Assembly (NCBI GenBank): GCA_000934665.2
Contig: JYFJ02001733.1
Span: 1-64,000 of the forward strand
Direction of reading: 5' to 3'
Length of the DNA stretch: 64,000 bases
DNA from: Catajapyx aquilonaris
Taxonomy: Eukaryota
Shown: positions 36,871 through 51,600 of the stretch, piece after piece
How the letters are laid out: each line of letters starts with the position of its first letter
Position numbering within the stretch: position 1 is the first letter of the stretch
Notes under the pieces: generated by a model
Seen by the model: the letters and a program-made list of their open reading frames with translations, nothing else
The model's database searches: none
Told to the model about the DNA's origin: nothing
Position numbers and translations under genes: made by a program

Positions 36871-39680
36871 CCCAACATTTTGTGCTACTGCAACCAGAAT
36901 GACGGAATTAATTTCCCTATGTAGATCGTATATTTTCAGACTGCGTCAATGGCGATATCTTGTAAATGTATGCTGGGATCAAGCAAAAGGCGTGTTGTTA
37001 CGTACAGTCTCAACCTCTCAAACCACATTAATCCTGCGAATTCATTACTCCCCATGGCATGCGGTATGTCAAGCTTATTTTGTCATTATGGGGAATTCGC
37101 CTGGACCACGAGCTTATTCGGAAGATTTTGGCTCCAGATGATATATTGGCCTAAGGCATGATCTGTGTGGCCTAGGAGACGCCTGAATTTATGAACCAAT
37201 AAGATTAGCTCATACAAACATACAGATATGAAAACCTGTCAGGTGCTGGAGACCCTTGAAACAATGAAGGCGCGATGGTGAGATGTGTCGAGGAACTGAC
37301 ACGTCGCGTCCGTATGTTGGATCTGAAGTAAACGCAGTCTATGTGTCACTCCTCTGAAGATGTAATAACCGTAACTAGCAATAATATTATGGAGCCAGAG
37401 GTCCTAAATGTATGCGAGTGCATCAGTCAGAGACTCATTCGAATAAACGCACAAGCAGTAGCGTACGATTTCATCATGATTATATAGAAAAATAGAAGTC
37501 ACGAAATCATGCTCTTCGTTGTACGAGATGTTGTACAGTACCATGCACAGTTTGCAATGATATTGCAGCACTTATTGTGTATCCCATGGGGCATTCGGGG
37601 GCCCAGCTGCAATACTGATGGTCAGCAGAGCATTTTTTGCTCAAGTTAAGATATTTTTGAATCTTTCTAGAGCCCTTTTCAATCCAACATTTTTAGACCA
37701 ATCGGTGTCAATTAAAAAGTCGATGACGTCCTGAATTCGCGTCAGTTGTCAGACTCGTGGCTACATAAATAGTCGGATCGTTATTCTGCCTTGTTTGTCA
37801 TATGGATCGTACGAGTACAGGGCATTATTTTTGGAGCAGGATGTGGTTCTTCACGTGAGTCCACATAAAGTCAAGCATAAAGTGGAGAGTCTGTTATCTT
37901 ATATTCTAATATGAAATATTATTTTTCTTCGGGGCTTTGCATTCAGCAGGTGTAGGGACTCATGTTTCTGGAATGAGATTTGCATATGAATCAGTTTGAA
38001 AACAGTGCAATGCCAGTGTCAATTATGGCAACTTTTATCATAACACAACAATTAATACTATTATTCCGACATTCAAGTAGCATGTAAAACTGCTACTGTT
38101 CATGAGGCTGGACGACCCATGCATTTTTTCGTGTTTACCAGGTAGTACTGGTCCGAATGAAAAATCAATCCCCTGCTATGCAGAAATTGGATGGGTTTAC
38201 TGTGGGGAGCACTATTTTTAGAATGCTTCTCCATCCCGCCCACATCAGTTATACTCGATGTGTTATGTGCCAGGCCTTACAATTATTGCAGTATTATATC
38301 CGTGGCCATACTCTTGCTACATAATGTGTGTGTATGTTATTGTCCATTATGAAGCAAAGGAAAAGCAGCTGGGCTTTCTTCCTTGCAATACATGAAAGTG
38401 ACTAGAATAATTGATCGCGAAGGGGGAGTCGTGTGAGTTATAGTGCTGTTTTGGGTAGGCCTACATCTTCCCTGGCCCTCCACCTCTCTTGTAGCCATAA
38501 TACGCGTACTAGTATAAACAATATTTGAATCGAGTCATATGATGCGCCCTGTATTTTCATCGTGTATTTCAATATAGGGCAGTATATTATGACACGTTTC
38601 TTGCAAGGCACATTTCATCTACTGTCTGTTTAGCACACATATGAGGCAGAAGAACTTTACCTATCGGCGAATTAATTACGATGTATTTCATTATGTTCAA
38701 GAGACTGGTAATAATAACATTGTCCTTCTTGTCTTCTGCCCCATCGTCGGCTGATTACTTCGGATTGCGTTGTCTTAATAAAATAATGTAGTTGTATGCA
38801 GGAAGGTCTTTTTGGGAGTATGATACAGACAATAATGATGCGACATGTACACAGGGTTCAAATGAATATAATATACTGAACCAGTATGAAGATCTTTCTC
38901 TGCTTCTATCTTCCTGATGATACGAGACATCACAAAGAATAATCCTTAACCATCATTACATACACCATTTGAAAATGTGAAATTAGATATAATCGCAAAA
39001 GAATTTCTGAGCACAGATATTAAGGTCAGAGTACATGATAATTACCGTATATTATCTCAAGTTTCAATATTGACCTCAGAAAGCGTTACGAACTTGTGAT
39101 GATTTTTTTACATTACATTTGGTTGATTTTATTTCCCTTCAATCAGACAGTATCTTACATCTTGCGTCACATTTTGCAATGACTATAACCAGTAAAACCG
39201 GGCGCATTTGTCGTTCCGTCCTGTAATTTCAGTTCTAGTATACAGAGAGTTGTCATGTGTGTTGAATTATGTTTGTACTTTTCTTCCACTCAACTGACCG
39301 TCTTTTTGTATAATTATTCATTTCAATGGTGGAGATAAAAGCAATGGGTCGGAGGTGTTATCTAGGTGTGTCAGATCTGTGAAATCTAAATTGTCAGCCA
39401 ATGATCATTATCATGCAAAAATAATATTATGCGTCTTACGGGATAGTAGAACTTTCCGCTAATGGTCTGGAAGGTGATTGTGCCAAGATAGTAGCACATA
39501 ACTGTGCAGTTCTGACGCAAATTAGTTTGTCAGAACACGGTCAGCAGAAATGAGTTTCGATATAATAGCTATCTGTAGATATGCCTATTTCATGAACTAT
39601 TTCACTTTGAAGTACATAATATATCATGTGTTGCACGCAATGCATTTTAATCATTTGGGGCAATATCGACGGATGTATAC

Positions 39681-40260
39681 TTAACCCTTTGACGGCGGAG
39701 TTTTGGCAGGTTTTTGGGTCGATTTGTTTCTTTTTTGTCCAAAATTCGACGTAGGAGTGATACCGTATAGGCGTATACTAATGAATAATTTCGCGCCAAA
39801 ATTAATGATTTTAATTCGTGGCGGTCCTTTTGAATGTTAAATACAGGAAGCAATTCATCTACAGGGTGCCCAGAAATATATTTTTTAGAATCGTCTGGGT
39901 CTCAGGACGTTGATAGGCCTAACGAGTTTACTCAGTCACTATACATTGTTATTATGGTTACATAATGTTACCACTACACTGTTTATGAGAAACTACCAAG
40001 GGTCCAGGCTTTACGGGACTGAGGGCGCATGTCTACGTAAGCGATCGCGCGGGAGCAACACGACCTTGGCATATACGACTCAATAACTTTGCGGAAGCAG
40101 GGGGGATTCTGGGAATGCTATGGTAGTTGAGTCACCATCCAAGAGATGGCAGGAGCATATAACCGCATTTGGAACCGCGAAGTTCGAATTCTCTAGGCAC
40201 ATCCTAGCGCCCCAAATTCAAAAAAAGGTCGGGACATTCACGTAGACCTCAAACGGTTAA
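39681..40260. mobile_element. Possible piggyBac-type non-autonomous element
   Basis: TTAA-CCCTTTGA at 39681 and TCAAACGG-TTAA ending at 40260. The TIR is short and imperfect. Confidence 0.4.
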
Positions 40261-41959
40261 TAAGGCGGATCTTACTTCATTTTCCAAGAATGTAATGCAT
40301 GGCTGGACACGAGGTGTCATACTTGTGTCGGCTTTTCTCAAAGATGTCCTCACAATTAGTGTTATTGTGACTGTTAGTCTGACTACTCTGGCACGTCCGA
40401 CTCTGGCACAGTGACAAAACACTGCAACCTGAAGATTGTCAAATTGGAAATAATGGCGCAAATAAGCCGTAAAGTAGGTCGCATCCGTAACACTTGAGCT
40501 TGATCTCCTGAGAAGATGAGAGTTGGGATAACACTGGACATCGAATATTAGCATCGGCCTGATTTTGACAGATATTGATGTGAGGCAACTTAAGAAACAA
40601 CCGATATACTGTATTTCCAAGAACTGGATTTTAAATACTTTAATAAAGTTAAAGACGGTAAAGTATTGTGTTCACAGTGTGTAAGTGTGGACACAACTTG
40701 CTTGGTTCGTAAGAGTAGAAAGTATAGACATATAGCTTCTTATCAGAGTGGTGATTCACTTGAATAAGCAGGGTTCTTCGCTTTACCCTAGTCAACATTA
40801 TTGATTCCTGGAAGATTCCTGGTATAGAGTGATCCGCCAGTTAAGGGTCCATCTCTTTGGAGTGACAGTGCTCGTGTTTTGCCTAGTCGCGTTACTCTGT
40901 TGGCCTAGCTGAACCGGTCTGATATGACGAATATGGATATTATATGTGTGTGATGTTGGATAATATGTTAGCTCGTGAATTTCCTCGTTTCTGAGTAATG
41001 TGACCTGGGAAAATAACAATCTAGGCCTTTGGCGAATTACACCGTAGTGACATTATAGGCCTTCCTCCATAAGTGCTTGGAGTCTTAGAGTGACCGTTGA
41101 ATGCGACTTTTTCTCGATTCAATCTTGCTGAAAATGTTGGCATGATGGAATCAGTCATCAACCGAGAATCCTCCTCCACATAATTCAGTCCATAGTGGTC
41201 GTAAAGTTGACTGAGGTGTAATTTTTGGGCCAAGTTTAGAAACACCCGGAAAAAAACTCGTAGTAAGTTACTATACTTGATAGTAATCCACACATCGTTC
41301 AATCAGGAATCATACAAAAATTCCCTGCCACAGGGTTTGATAAAGCACGACATGTCTATCGCTACATTGACACCAAATAAAATGACGCAATATTTGATAA
41401 AGTGTTAAAATAAGCGGTACGGATTTCCCAAACGGTCCAAATCGGCCTAGTTGTGGTCCTGGTTCTTCACTCTTGAATGCAAATAATCGCCCATTGGTGA
41501 ATGCAACAATGCGGCGCAAGGCGGGTTTTTTTTGGCATTTTTTAGATTTGAGCCTTGACCCACACGAAGCTCCATTTCACCCATAGCAGAATACGGTGTG
41601 GCCTTCGTATAGCATCGTGGACTTGTGTCGTTCTGTATGGTGCAGGATCACCTGTGTTTAGAGGAAGTAACGAGGTCCCATGAGGTTATAGTAAAACTTG
41701 TGCAGCTCGTATGGAATGCAATATGTACTGTACAGTACACCTATGGGAGGATCATAATTATCAGCAACTCCCTGAATCGCTTCTGGCAAGTACACCTATT
41801 TTCGGCCTATTCATTCATAATGATAAAATTACCTCATCCTTGATATTCTAACATGGAGTAGAATGTCACTTGGATTTAATTAACGGACCTACAACTGCAG
41901 CTGACACGTGCCTCGGAAAGTACTGCATCAGACTTACTCACGTTGGTTAGTAGCAATGA

Positions 41960-42352
41960 TTTTTTTTTTTTGAATCAGTTGCTTCTTATGTTGCTATTTA
42001 TGTATTTTGAAGCAGTTCCTTTACTGGGCCCAATTTATGTTCCACGTTGACGACGACAGGTCGCCTCTTGTGCATTTGGACTTCTCGATACATGCACAAA
42101 AGCAATGGGATGATTCTGACTCTGGAAAAGGACGGCTTTTGCTGTTGATGCTTGTCAGACTCTTCAGATGTTGCACCAATATTTTCACCACAGGATTAGC
42201 CTAAATATTCCATTACCAGAATAAATATTGTAGACTGTAGTCTGCGACGCCCATCAAAAACATGTGACAAAGGAGTGGTGCCTTGACTGAAATGTGGAAT
42301 CTCCGATATCTGTGACCAATGGCTGCTATCGTATTAAAAGCACTATTGGTAC

Positions 42353-42442
<90 letters not shown>

Positions 42443-42980
42443 GGCTAGCTGGTGCTTCAAAGTTTTGTGTGCAGCGGTGCAGATGAAAGTCCTCATCAGA
42501 TAGCACGTGATACGACAGGTTTAATTTCGGCTCTCTCTCCATGATGTTGCGTTTGATAACAGCACCATGTTGCTTTGCTGGAGCCCCCTTTAGCAGACAC
42601 TCGATGAGAATTAAAAGGACTGAAATTTTCAATTGAATTAGTAGGCTATCATTGTCGAATTTCGTTGTCGTAAAATCTGGGCGGTCAGTGGGATGATTCT
42701 CGTCAAAGGGACGATACATTATCATCTCTATAGGGAACCAATAATTACGCGCTCTAAGTCAGACATACAATTTGAAAGAATGCGGCACATGCATGTGTCT
42801 CAGTAGGATTAACCGTATTTAAATGTGCTTCGCAGATGAAAGTTTGCTCAAATGTGTAAGGTGTCAATATGAATTCTTCTCCGGGAACACTCTCTTGTCC
42901 TTCTCCAGGTTAACTCTGGAAACACAGCTCATAACTTACGTCCTTGAGGAATCAAGGCTGCAACCCATCCAGTGGATAAT
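41960..42980 (-). mobile_element. Ty3/Gypsy RT-RNase H relic interrupted by a microsatellite
   Basis: Motifs in order: LSKLSSAKH, PFDENHPTDRPDFTT (PLDExxxxKTAFTT), LSYHVLSDE..NFEAPAS, GHRYRRFHISVKAPL (GYYRRF..S..APL) and ASTAKAVLFQSQNHPIAF..SRSPNAQE (DAS..GAVLxQ..PIAFxSRxL..E). Confidence 0.7.
42355..42441. repeat. Compound (AAT)n-(GAT)n microsatellite
   Basis: Direct reading. Confidence 0.97.
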
Positions 42981-43317
42981 AATTATCATGATATTGCTCA
43001 AGGTACAGAAACTATGATGATGATGATGATGATGATGATGAATGAATGACGTTTACCAAAGCCTTCATGATGCCAACATTTTGTACCCGTGCTCGTAATG
43101 TTATTTAGGAAAAAAAAACCTTAGACCAGCCTCAGAAACATTAGCTCTTGCAAGCAAGTGCAAGGAGCATTTGCACCCACAACAAGTAGTAATATTACCC
43201 ACATAAAATAGTACGTATGTCTCAGACACTACATCATTCATGACCCAAGTAGCTGCTGGATGCAGTGTAAACCAGTAAGCCCCTATAGGCTATAGATAGG
43301 GGAACGGGAGAACCGCA

Positions 43318-43320
<3 letters not shown>

Positions 43321-43390
<70 letters not shown>
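43321..43390. repeat. (AAT)n microsatellite
   Basis: Direct reading. Confidence 0.97.
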
Positions 43391-43391
<1 letters not shown>

Positions 43392-44789
43392 ATCATATTA
43401 GAAAAGTGGAACTAGTTCCGACGAAAACTAAAATAACTAATGCAATGAATTTACTAAGTGTCTAGTTTCAAGTGACCTCAGAAGGCGGTAAGAGCCATGA
43501 TTTTTATTTCATATCATTAATATAATATTATTGCCAGATGCAATCTATTTCTTATTCCACGTTTTGCAATGGACTTGGGGCATTCCATCTTGGGACTACA
43601 GTTTTGTAGAGACTGGTCGGTAATTGAGTAATTTTTGGTGGTTCTGACTGTATCCGGAACGTCTTTGACCTTTTTTTTTGGGGGGGGGGGGGGACCTCAT
43701 TTGAATGGGGGAGAAAAAAGCAAGGCGCCTGAGGTTCTCTGTGTCTCTGTTCTCTGTCACACCGGGTCTAAATTAGAAGTTAATTATGCTTTTAACGGGC
43801 AGTCGAACCCTATTATTCTCCTTTTCTGGTGTATTTTCATCCACGTAACATCTTAAATTGACGTTAATATTTTTTTCACAAAGGTGGACTAACTTGGAAC
43901 AAAATGCATGAGTGTGACGTAAATAAGCTAGGTATTTACCTCGAAGAGCACGGAAAGGCCAAACAGTGAATCGGACCCAACTATCGGACTCAAAACACAT
44001 TTTGTGCCCAGAGCGCCGAAGGAACTGAATAGTATAATCTGCTTTAGCCGCTGCGCTCGCTGGTGCAAGTCAGCAGACAGAAACGAGCATGTGACTTGTT
44101 AGTAAACTGAACCCTCTTCCGGAGTACAGTAATTAACACTGACATGCCTGGAGCGGTTCAGAATGTCTGCAGGAGACGTCGCTGTCAGTGTTAAGTCGGA
44201 AGTACCGTCGAATAAAGTGTCTGCAGCACATGCAGTAGGCCCACGTATACACAGTACTGTATGTGATCCTCATCATCTGAGAAAAAATATAATACGGTGC
44301 CTTTCGACATATTTATTAATTCTAAAATTAACACTTAATACCAATTGATTTACGTGTAATTGTTATCGGTTTATTTACTGCATGTACGCCCTCATTACTA
44401 TGCGCATTATTTATTTTATAGTAATTTGTCTCTAAGATGTTCATGTAGCTCTTATAGAGTAAGAAAATATCAGTCCAAATGGTGCCAGCAACAATGCCGA
44501 TTCACGCATCCACTCGGTTGGCACCACTGAAGCGTTGTTGACATAGGAACATGATCGTAAGAAATCAACTGTTCCAGACAGTCTGAGCAGGTCTATCTGA
44601 GGATGGTGGTCACTCATCGGCCATGTGGAAGGTCAACGCTCTATATACATTCATCCTGATGCACGTATTATAACACAATAGGGTCTACTGGTAAAAGAGT
44701 ATATAATATTAATAATTGACTGTTTTTCAACTTTGACCATGCCCTGTCGGATTCGCTGCACGTCTCTGTACGGTGTAGACTGTAGTCCA

Positions 44790-45510
44790 TGGTTGCGTGG
44801 CAAGCTCTTTAAAAACATGCAAGGGCCCAGTGACATGACACGTACGGAAAAGTGCATGGCCAGGGCGGGTCGTGTTTTGCTAATACCGTCCATGGCACAC
44901 TTGTACTGCGTGTGGCGTCTTGTCATTAGGCTAATTATTATTAAGACAGACACATTATTTTATGGTCTAGTGGCCCGCGGTTTACCAAGGGAAACGAAGG
45001 TTGTTGACATGATGCCCCTCAGAGTGATGAACACTGGTTGTTCCAGGGGGTGGATTCATCAAAATAATGTCGTAAGTCAAAATTTCGTCGTAACCGGTCG
45101 TAACCGTAGTTACAATAATTGACTAACTATGGTTACGACCGGTTACGACGAAAATTTGACTTACGACATTATTTTGATGAATCCACCCCCATTTGAAATG
45201 GTGTCGATGGCAAGGTCGGTCTCTTATTCGTTGGGTTCCATGACGAGATTGTATATTTCATTGTCGGATTTGAAGAATATAGGCTCGATTCAGGTGAAAC
45301 GAGGTGTCTCTTGGTCCTCATATAGTTATTGAAATTTGGTATGAGGTTTCACGTTTCGTCCTCATAGAAGGATGATGTGGCTCAATTGCACAAGGCGGCG
45401 ATCCTAAAATGGGGTGAGGGAAGAGGTGATGACGGAGTGTTTATCTTTGAAGAAGCCTGCGACATGCGAAAAAGAGTATGCAGGAAGATCCAAACAATGC
45501 GCCGCTGAGT
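44790..45510 (+). pseudogene. Decayed TPR-repeat gene fragment split by a MITE
   Basis: GKLFKNMQG...EKCMARA, SLSDLKNIGSIQVKRG and DVAQLHKAAILKWGEGRGDDGVFIFEEACDMRKRV resemble kinesin-light-chain-type TPR units. Confidence 0.4.
45046..45190. mobile_element. Foldback MITE, Harbinger-like (145 bp)
   Basis: 67-bp arms (GGGGGTGGATTCATCAAAATAATGTCGTAAGTCAAA...) with 2 mismatches and an 11-nt spacer. The TSD is unclear (CAG/CAT). Confidence 0.9.
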
Positions 45511-46989
45511 ATGGGGACCAAAGGTACTTAATCCATCAAGAGAAACACCCTGCATCCGGGTCGATAGGTGGAGTGTGAACAGGTGCCTCTGACAGGAACA
45601 TGCACTCTATAGAGTCTTAGTCTCATGCCAACAGTAGGTATACGTGTATATGATCATCTGTCAGTCATCATGTGGGATATATCTGTACGGCTCAGACGGT
45701 GCATCGCATTTCTGGGTTTCCATATCATTGTAATACACCTATAGTACAGTAGGTTGTAGATATAAAATTACATCTCTTAGTTTAATTAATTTGGTCGTTT
45801 GTTACCAGCTATTGGGGCAAAAATTTGTGTGCCGAGAGTTGATTACCATGATGAGACAACGAGTGGTCTCCTCACTTTCACTAAGGCCTTTGAGCCCCGT
45901 GTGAACAGTGCCCTTCCCCTCCTACGATGTCCACTCGATGGATTTGTCGGCTGCAGTATAAGCGTCAAGCCGTGTCATTCCTCACAAATGAGCAACAATT
46001 ACACTTCGCACGAATGCAGGAGTTAAGTGACATGTTAGTCTACTCCTCCATATAGAACTATCCAGCACTGTTTGTGTATGCTGAACATGCGATGAAACTG
46101 CTAACTGCGGCTTAACTATATACGTATATTACGAACATGATGGCTGTTGCAAGTGTGACGCTTTTCCCAAATCACTTGTCCCCGAAATATTTTAGTTCAG
46201 ATTAGGCCTGCATAATTATGTGGCGTGTACACTTTCATCAGTTCCATGAGATTTATTTGAATCAGGTTCGTCCACCTGTGCGTACCTCGTCTACAGTTAC
46301 TGAAGTTACACTGCCATGCCGCTGCCGTGATTAGTTACACCAGTGTTGGCTACGCCGTTCTGTGCATTTTGTTCCTGTTCATATCACTGCGCCATGAAAC
46401 CTCCGGGCTGGCATTTCCAAAAAAAAAATTGTAGACATATTGAATTATTCCAAAGGTCACAGACAATATTGGCCGCTTCCAAAATATTGCATTCATCCTA
46501 TTCATACCAATCAAAATGTATATAGGGGATGTCACCCAAGGAATGAATAAAAATCGTATAAATATTCCCGTCTGGGATAATTGAGATCTCGGGATTTCTT
46601 TATTATTTTGGTCTAGGTGACTCACATTGACAACAGGCCTCCGATAAAGAGTTATGCATAACATTATAACATGAATGGACAGTGTGCACTGTGCGTGCCT
46701 TATATACTGTATATAAGATACACGCTGCTGTGTTCGTTTCGATTCCGGCATTTTGTAAAAGTCAATTGTAGTTACGTGACTGTTGTTGTTTGCTGTCCGA
46801 AACCAGCAGAGTCGGATATCTTGTTTTGGGTGTCCCAGGTCTATGGGGTGTCCTTATTGCTCTACATGTAATTCGTCCTCTGTGCTTGAAAAATGTGAAG
46901 CACGCAATTTTATGGGCCAAGGTCGCTTTCAGTTAAGAATGAATTGCCGTGTCTACTCTTTCTTACTATAGGCGTTATGATCTATAGTG

Positions 46990-47195
46990 AGAACGGTTGA
47001 GAATCTCTTTGCTTCCACCATCGTCTGGTGGATCCGTTTTTATTTAACTTACTCCTTTCTGGTATACACGGATCGTCGGAAACACTGTCCAATTTTGTTT
47101 CAAACACAGCTCCTACACCCCGATCCACTCCCATCCTCTCTGGCTCACCCACCCGGATCACTGAATGCGATCGTGAGGCTCGGGAAGGACAGGAA
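46990..47195 (-). mobile_element. Third partial copy of the hAT-like C-terminal region
   Basis: TCTTTGCTTCCACCATC.TCTGGT and CTCTCTGG.TCACCCAC..GATCA..CTGAATG are shared with 22945-23080. Peptide HSVIRVGEPER...RIHQTMVEAK. Confidence 0.65.
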
Positions 47196-47319
47196 TTGTG
47201 GGATATGTATAGAGTATATATAGACTACATAATATATATGTGATATGCTAGCAACTCTGCGTCGCTCTGAGCTTCACTTTGAATCCGGTATTTGCGCTGA
47301 ACGATCCGCAGTGGTTTAC

Positions 47320-47320
<1 letters not shown>

Positions 47321-47374
<54 letters not shown>

Positions 47375-47396
47375 CATCATCATCATTATCATCATC
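47321..47396. repeat. Compound (AAT)n-(CAT)n microsatellite
   Basis: Direct reading. Confidence 0.97.
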
Positions 47397-49509
47397 AGTG
47401 GCATATCTGTATTGAGAAGAGTGGAGTCCGCCTTTTTCAAGAAGTATTTCTCGCGGAAGATCGCTCATTGCACGTCTGGGGGGGCTTATAATTATACTGA
47501 CAACCGAACGTATGCTACAAATTGGATCCGATTGGACTGACCCTGACCGAGTGGAGTGGGCTGCTTGACGAGATCGGTGGATGTCGCCTCTGTTGCTAAG
47601 TTAGGTGCACCCTGCGGCCACATCCGATATCAGCTGTTAGGCTGCTTGGTTCGCATGAACGAGCGGATTAAAACAAAGCGAAAACCAGGCGGCATGCGAG
47701 TTTTTTGTTTTGTTTTTGTACCTTGTAAGAAAAATGCATATAATTATAATATAGTTGAGAGATGGGAAGGTGAGATCGGCACTGCGTGGAGTACAGAGTA
47801 CAGGGGTCATGCTCTCTCCGAGGTGGAGGAAGGGGCGAGAAGGTGTGGATTGTTTGCCACCAGAACTCGATTTAATCAGAAGGAATTATTAAACTCATTG
47901 AAAACAACAATAACTATATGGAGACGACATTCTCCAGTTCATTAGGATGAGGATCTCCTTGGTGTCAGAGAAGGAGCATCCATAAATCATTGCTGGAGTG
48001 AGTTGTGATCACGGCCGTCTTGTATAATAAATGATTCAGATCAAGGTTTTCTCTCGTTGCAAAAGTTATGCAATGCCATTGGACATGGATTGTCGCTGAA
48101 CAATGATTACCTGTACGTGTAGGCTGGTCCCATTGGTTCCATTGGATTGAAAAGTATTCCGGTGCGGATATATACGTATCAGTACCGTATGCGCCGATAT
48201 AACTATATCTATCGAAGTTTTGACCAATTTTTGTGAATTAAACAGCAGCAGCAGCAACTAAGGCAACAAAGCAGTCGCTGCATGCTCTTGCAGTGCAGCT
48301 TTCAAGGGAGATATTTGCATAATATTATGCGTCTGGTGGCATAACTGTCATCACATTATGAAGGTTGCGCTGTTATACTTATACATATCTGAACTGAATG
48401 TAGCAGTGGCAGCGTATACGGTGCGGCGTCACTTATAATATACACGTTGTGCCCAAAAGTATTTGTCCAAGTTGTGTCACGTGTTAGTAACAAGTAGCAT
48501 GGTGGACTACCCTGAGATGTTCATCAGCTGAGCGACTCGCGTAAGAGGCGCGCGAATTTTACTAAAGTGCTAAATGTATAATCCACATACGAGGTTACCA
48601 GCAAGCTGACCTTTGTCCATCCTGTACCTTTTCGGCGAGACTCACACTGGCAACCGGTATGAAATGACGATGAAGTGTGATTGTTGGAGAAAGAAGTGGT
48701 TTAATTCCGCCCATCAGCGTAATGCGACCCTGGCAAAATAATGTGGGAGCGGCCATGAAGCACACTACTGTTCTTCTTCGGCATATATCAAAAGTGACAT
48801 GATTGAGTGGTTCTTTCCGCGTTCTCCTTCCGCAAGTGCATAATATGCGACAAGGTTTATCTCCAATCTTGCTACAAAAGTTGGCCTGACATATCTGCGT
48901 CATTAGCATAGGAGGGGATCCTCTGGCATGGTTTGAGTCACTGGTTGACTTATTGTCGTTGATGATTATTTCGGCCAAGTTCAGGGAGATCAGGGAATAA
49001 TATTAAGCGTCCCCATACTTGCTAGATATCATAAGGATAGTATAAGGTATAAGGATGGAGCACTCTCTATTGATTCTCATTGAAGGCCCAATAGCCAGTG
49101 AAGCAATTCCGGAACCATAGTTCGTCACCATTCGTTCCTCTCACCTGCTGGCGTCTTTCGGTGTGAATAATTTTTTTTAATGTACCTAGTCTAAATGAAC
49201 AAAATACATGGATGTAATATGGCTATTAACATGCGTTACTATCATACGATTCTGGAGCTGTTATGAATGGATGAATGCAAACTGGTGTACTACGTTGCCT
49301 CTGTCCCAATATCGGCTTATTAGGATTTATCATGGAGGTCAGTCTCAGATGTTGATATAATATTATCATCTGTTGCAATACCACTTGTATCATACAACAT
49401 GTTTCACATAGTGCACATGTGTCATTGTTGTAGATCAGTCCTATCGAAGTACACTGTCTTGTACATTGTTTTTATATAGACAATCTGCTTATGTCTCTCC
49501 GCTTTTCAG

Positions 49510-49578
49510 ACCGAGCAGTGCATATTTGACCACAATAATAATTATGGTGCGACATGTTCTGCCAATCGTAGCAGAAAG
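49510..49578 (+). other. Isolated exon-like segment (69 nt)
   Basis: A polypyrimidine tract TCTCTCCGCTTTTCAG precedes it and AAG|GTGAGT follows. Two frames are open (TEQCIFDHNNNYGATCSANRSRK; PSSAYLTTIIIMVRHVLPIVAE). Confidence 0.3.
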
Positions 49579-49877
49579 GTGAGTAAACCTTTAGGTGTCC
49601 AGTTGTACCTCATGAATATGCAGTACGTAGTTTTTCACGTCATATTGGGCAATATTTTAACAGTTTTTGCTTGATGTTAGCTCCTCTGTGATGTAATTGC
49701 CAGCTAATATGTATTTCATTGAATTTGATGGTGCAAACGATTGCAATAATTACAGTACGTATACCGCATTAATTTTCATTCAGTGGATATATGATGAACC
49801 ATAGTTCAGGAGTCATGCCATTTCACAAAATACATACAATCTTACAGTGTATATACATCAGTAGAATATATTGTGCT

Positions 49878-50030
49878 ATGGGGCTCAAATATATTCTTTT
49901 GGCCACTTTATTTATCCTGGTCTTGAAGCAACCCTTCGCACAGGCCCCAAGTGAGGGAGTGTGTGTGTGTGTGTGTGAGAAGGGTTGCTTCAAGACCAGG
50001 ATAAAGTGGCCAAAAGAATATGAGCCCCAT
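49878..50030. mobile_element. Foldback MITE, Tc1/mariner-like
   Basis: Arms ATGGGGCTCA..TATTCTTTTGGCCACTTTA..TCCTGGTCTTGAAGCAACCCTTC and its reverse complement. The right end reads CCCCATTG-TA. The left arm carries two small AT-rich insertions. Confidence 0.85.
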
Positions 50031-50469
50031 TGTATGTACTAATCTCACATCAACCTGATTTATTCCAGAACTGAGTGCTGTACGTCAATCTCTGTTCTCA
50101 CAAATGCCATGTCACATCCTGTCAGCACTGTTAATAAGCCCCAAGGGCAGCTAGGCCTAAAAGTACGTTCTTTTGGAGAAAAAATCTTTGGATAAGAGTG
50201 CTGCCTAAATGCTATTGAGCTTATACATACTGCCAAGGTTATGACGAGACTCTCCATTCACCAAGCAATATAAAAATGCAAGCCTTTACTATGTGTGTAT
50301 GCATGTCCATCACTTGCACTCTATGGTGACTGATGGACGAGCATGTAGAAGAGCTGCGGCCTGCGGTATGATTAGTCTCCGTGGTATCTGTAGGTCCAAG
50401 TGGACTCTCTCATCACACTACCCGTCAATAGACTATATTATTATTATCACGGATGCCGTCCTTTATGCA

Positions 50470-51600
<1,131 letters not shown>

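Noticed and set aside
43787..44310. Kolobok-like element starting TTAACGGGCAGTCG
   Set aside because: I could not find a matching right terminus with TTAA.
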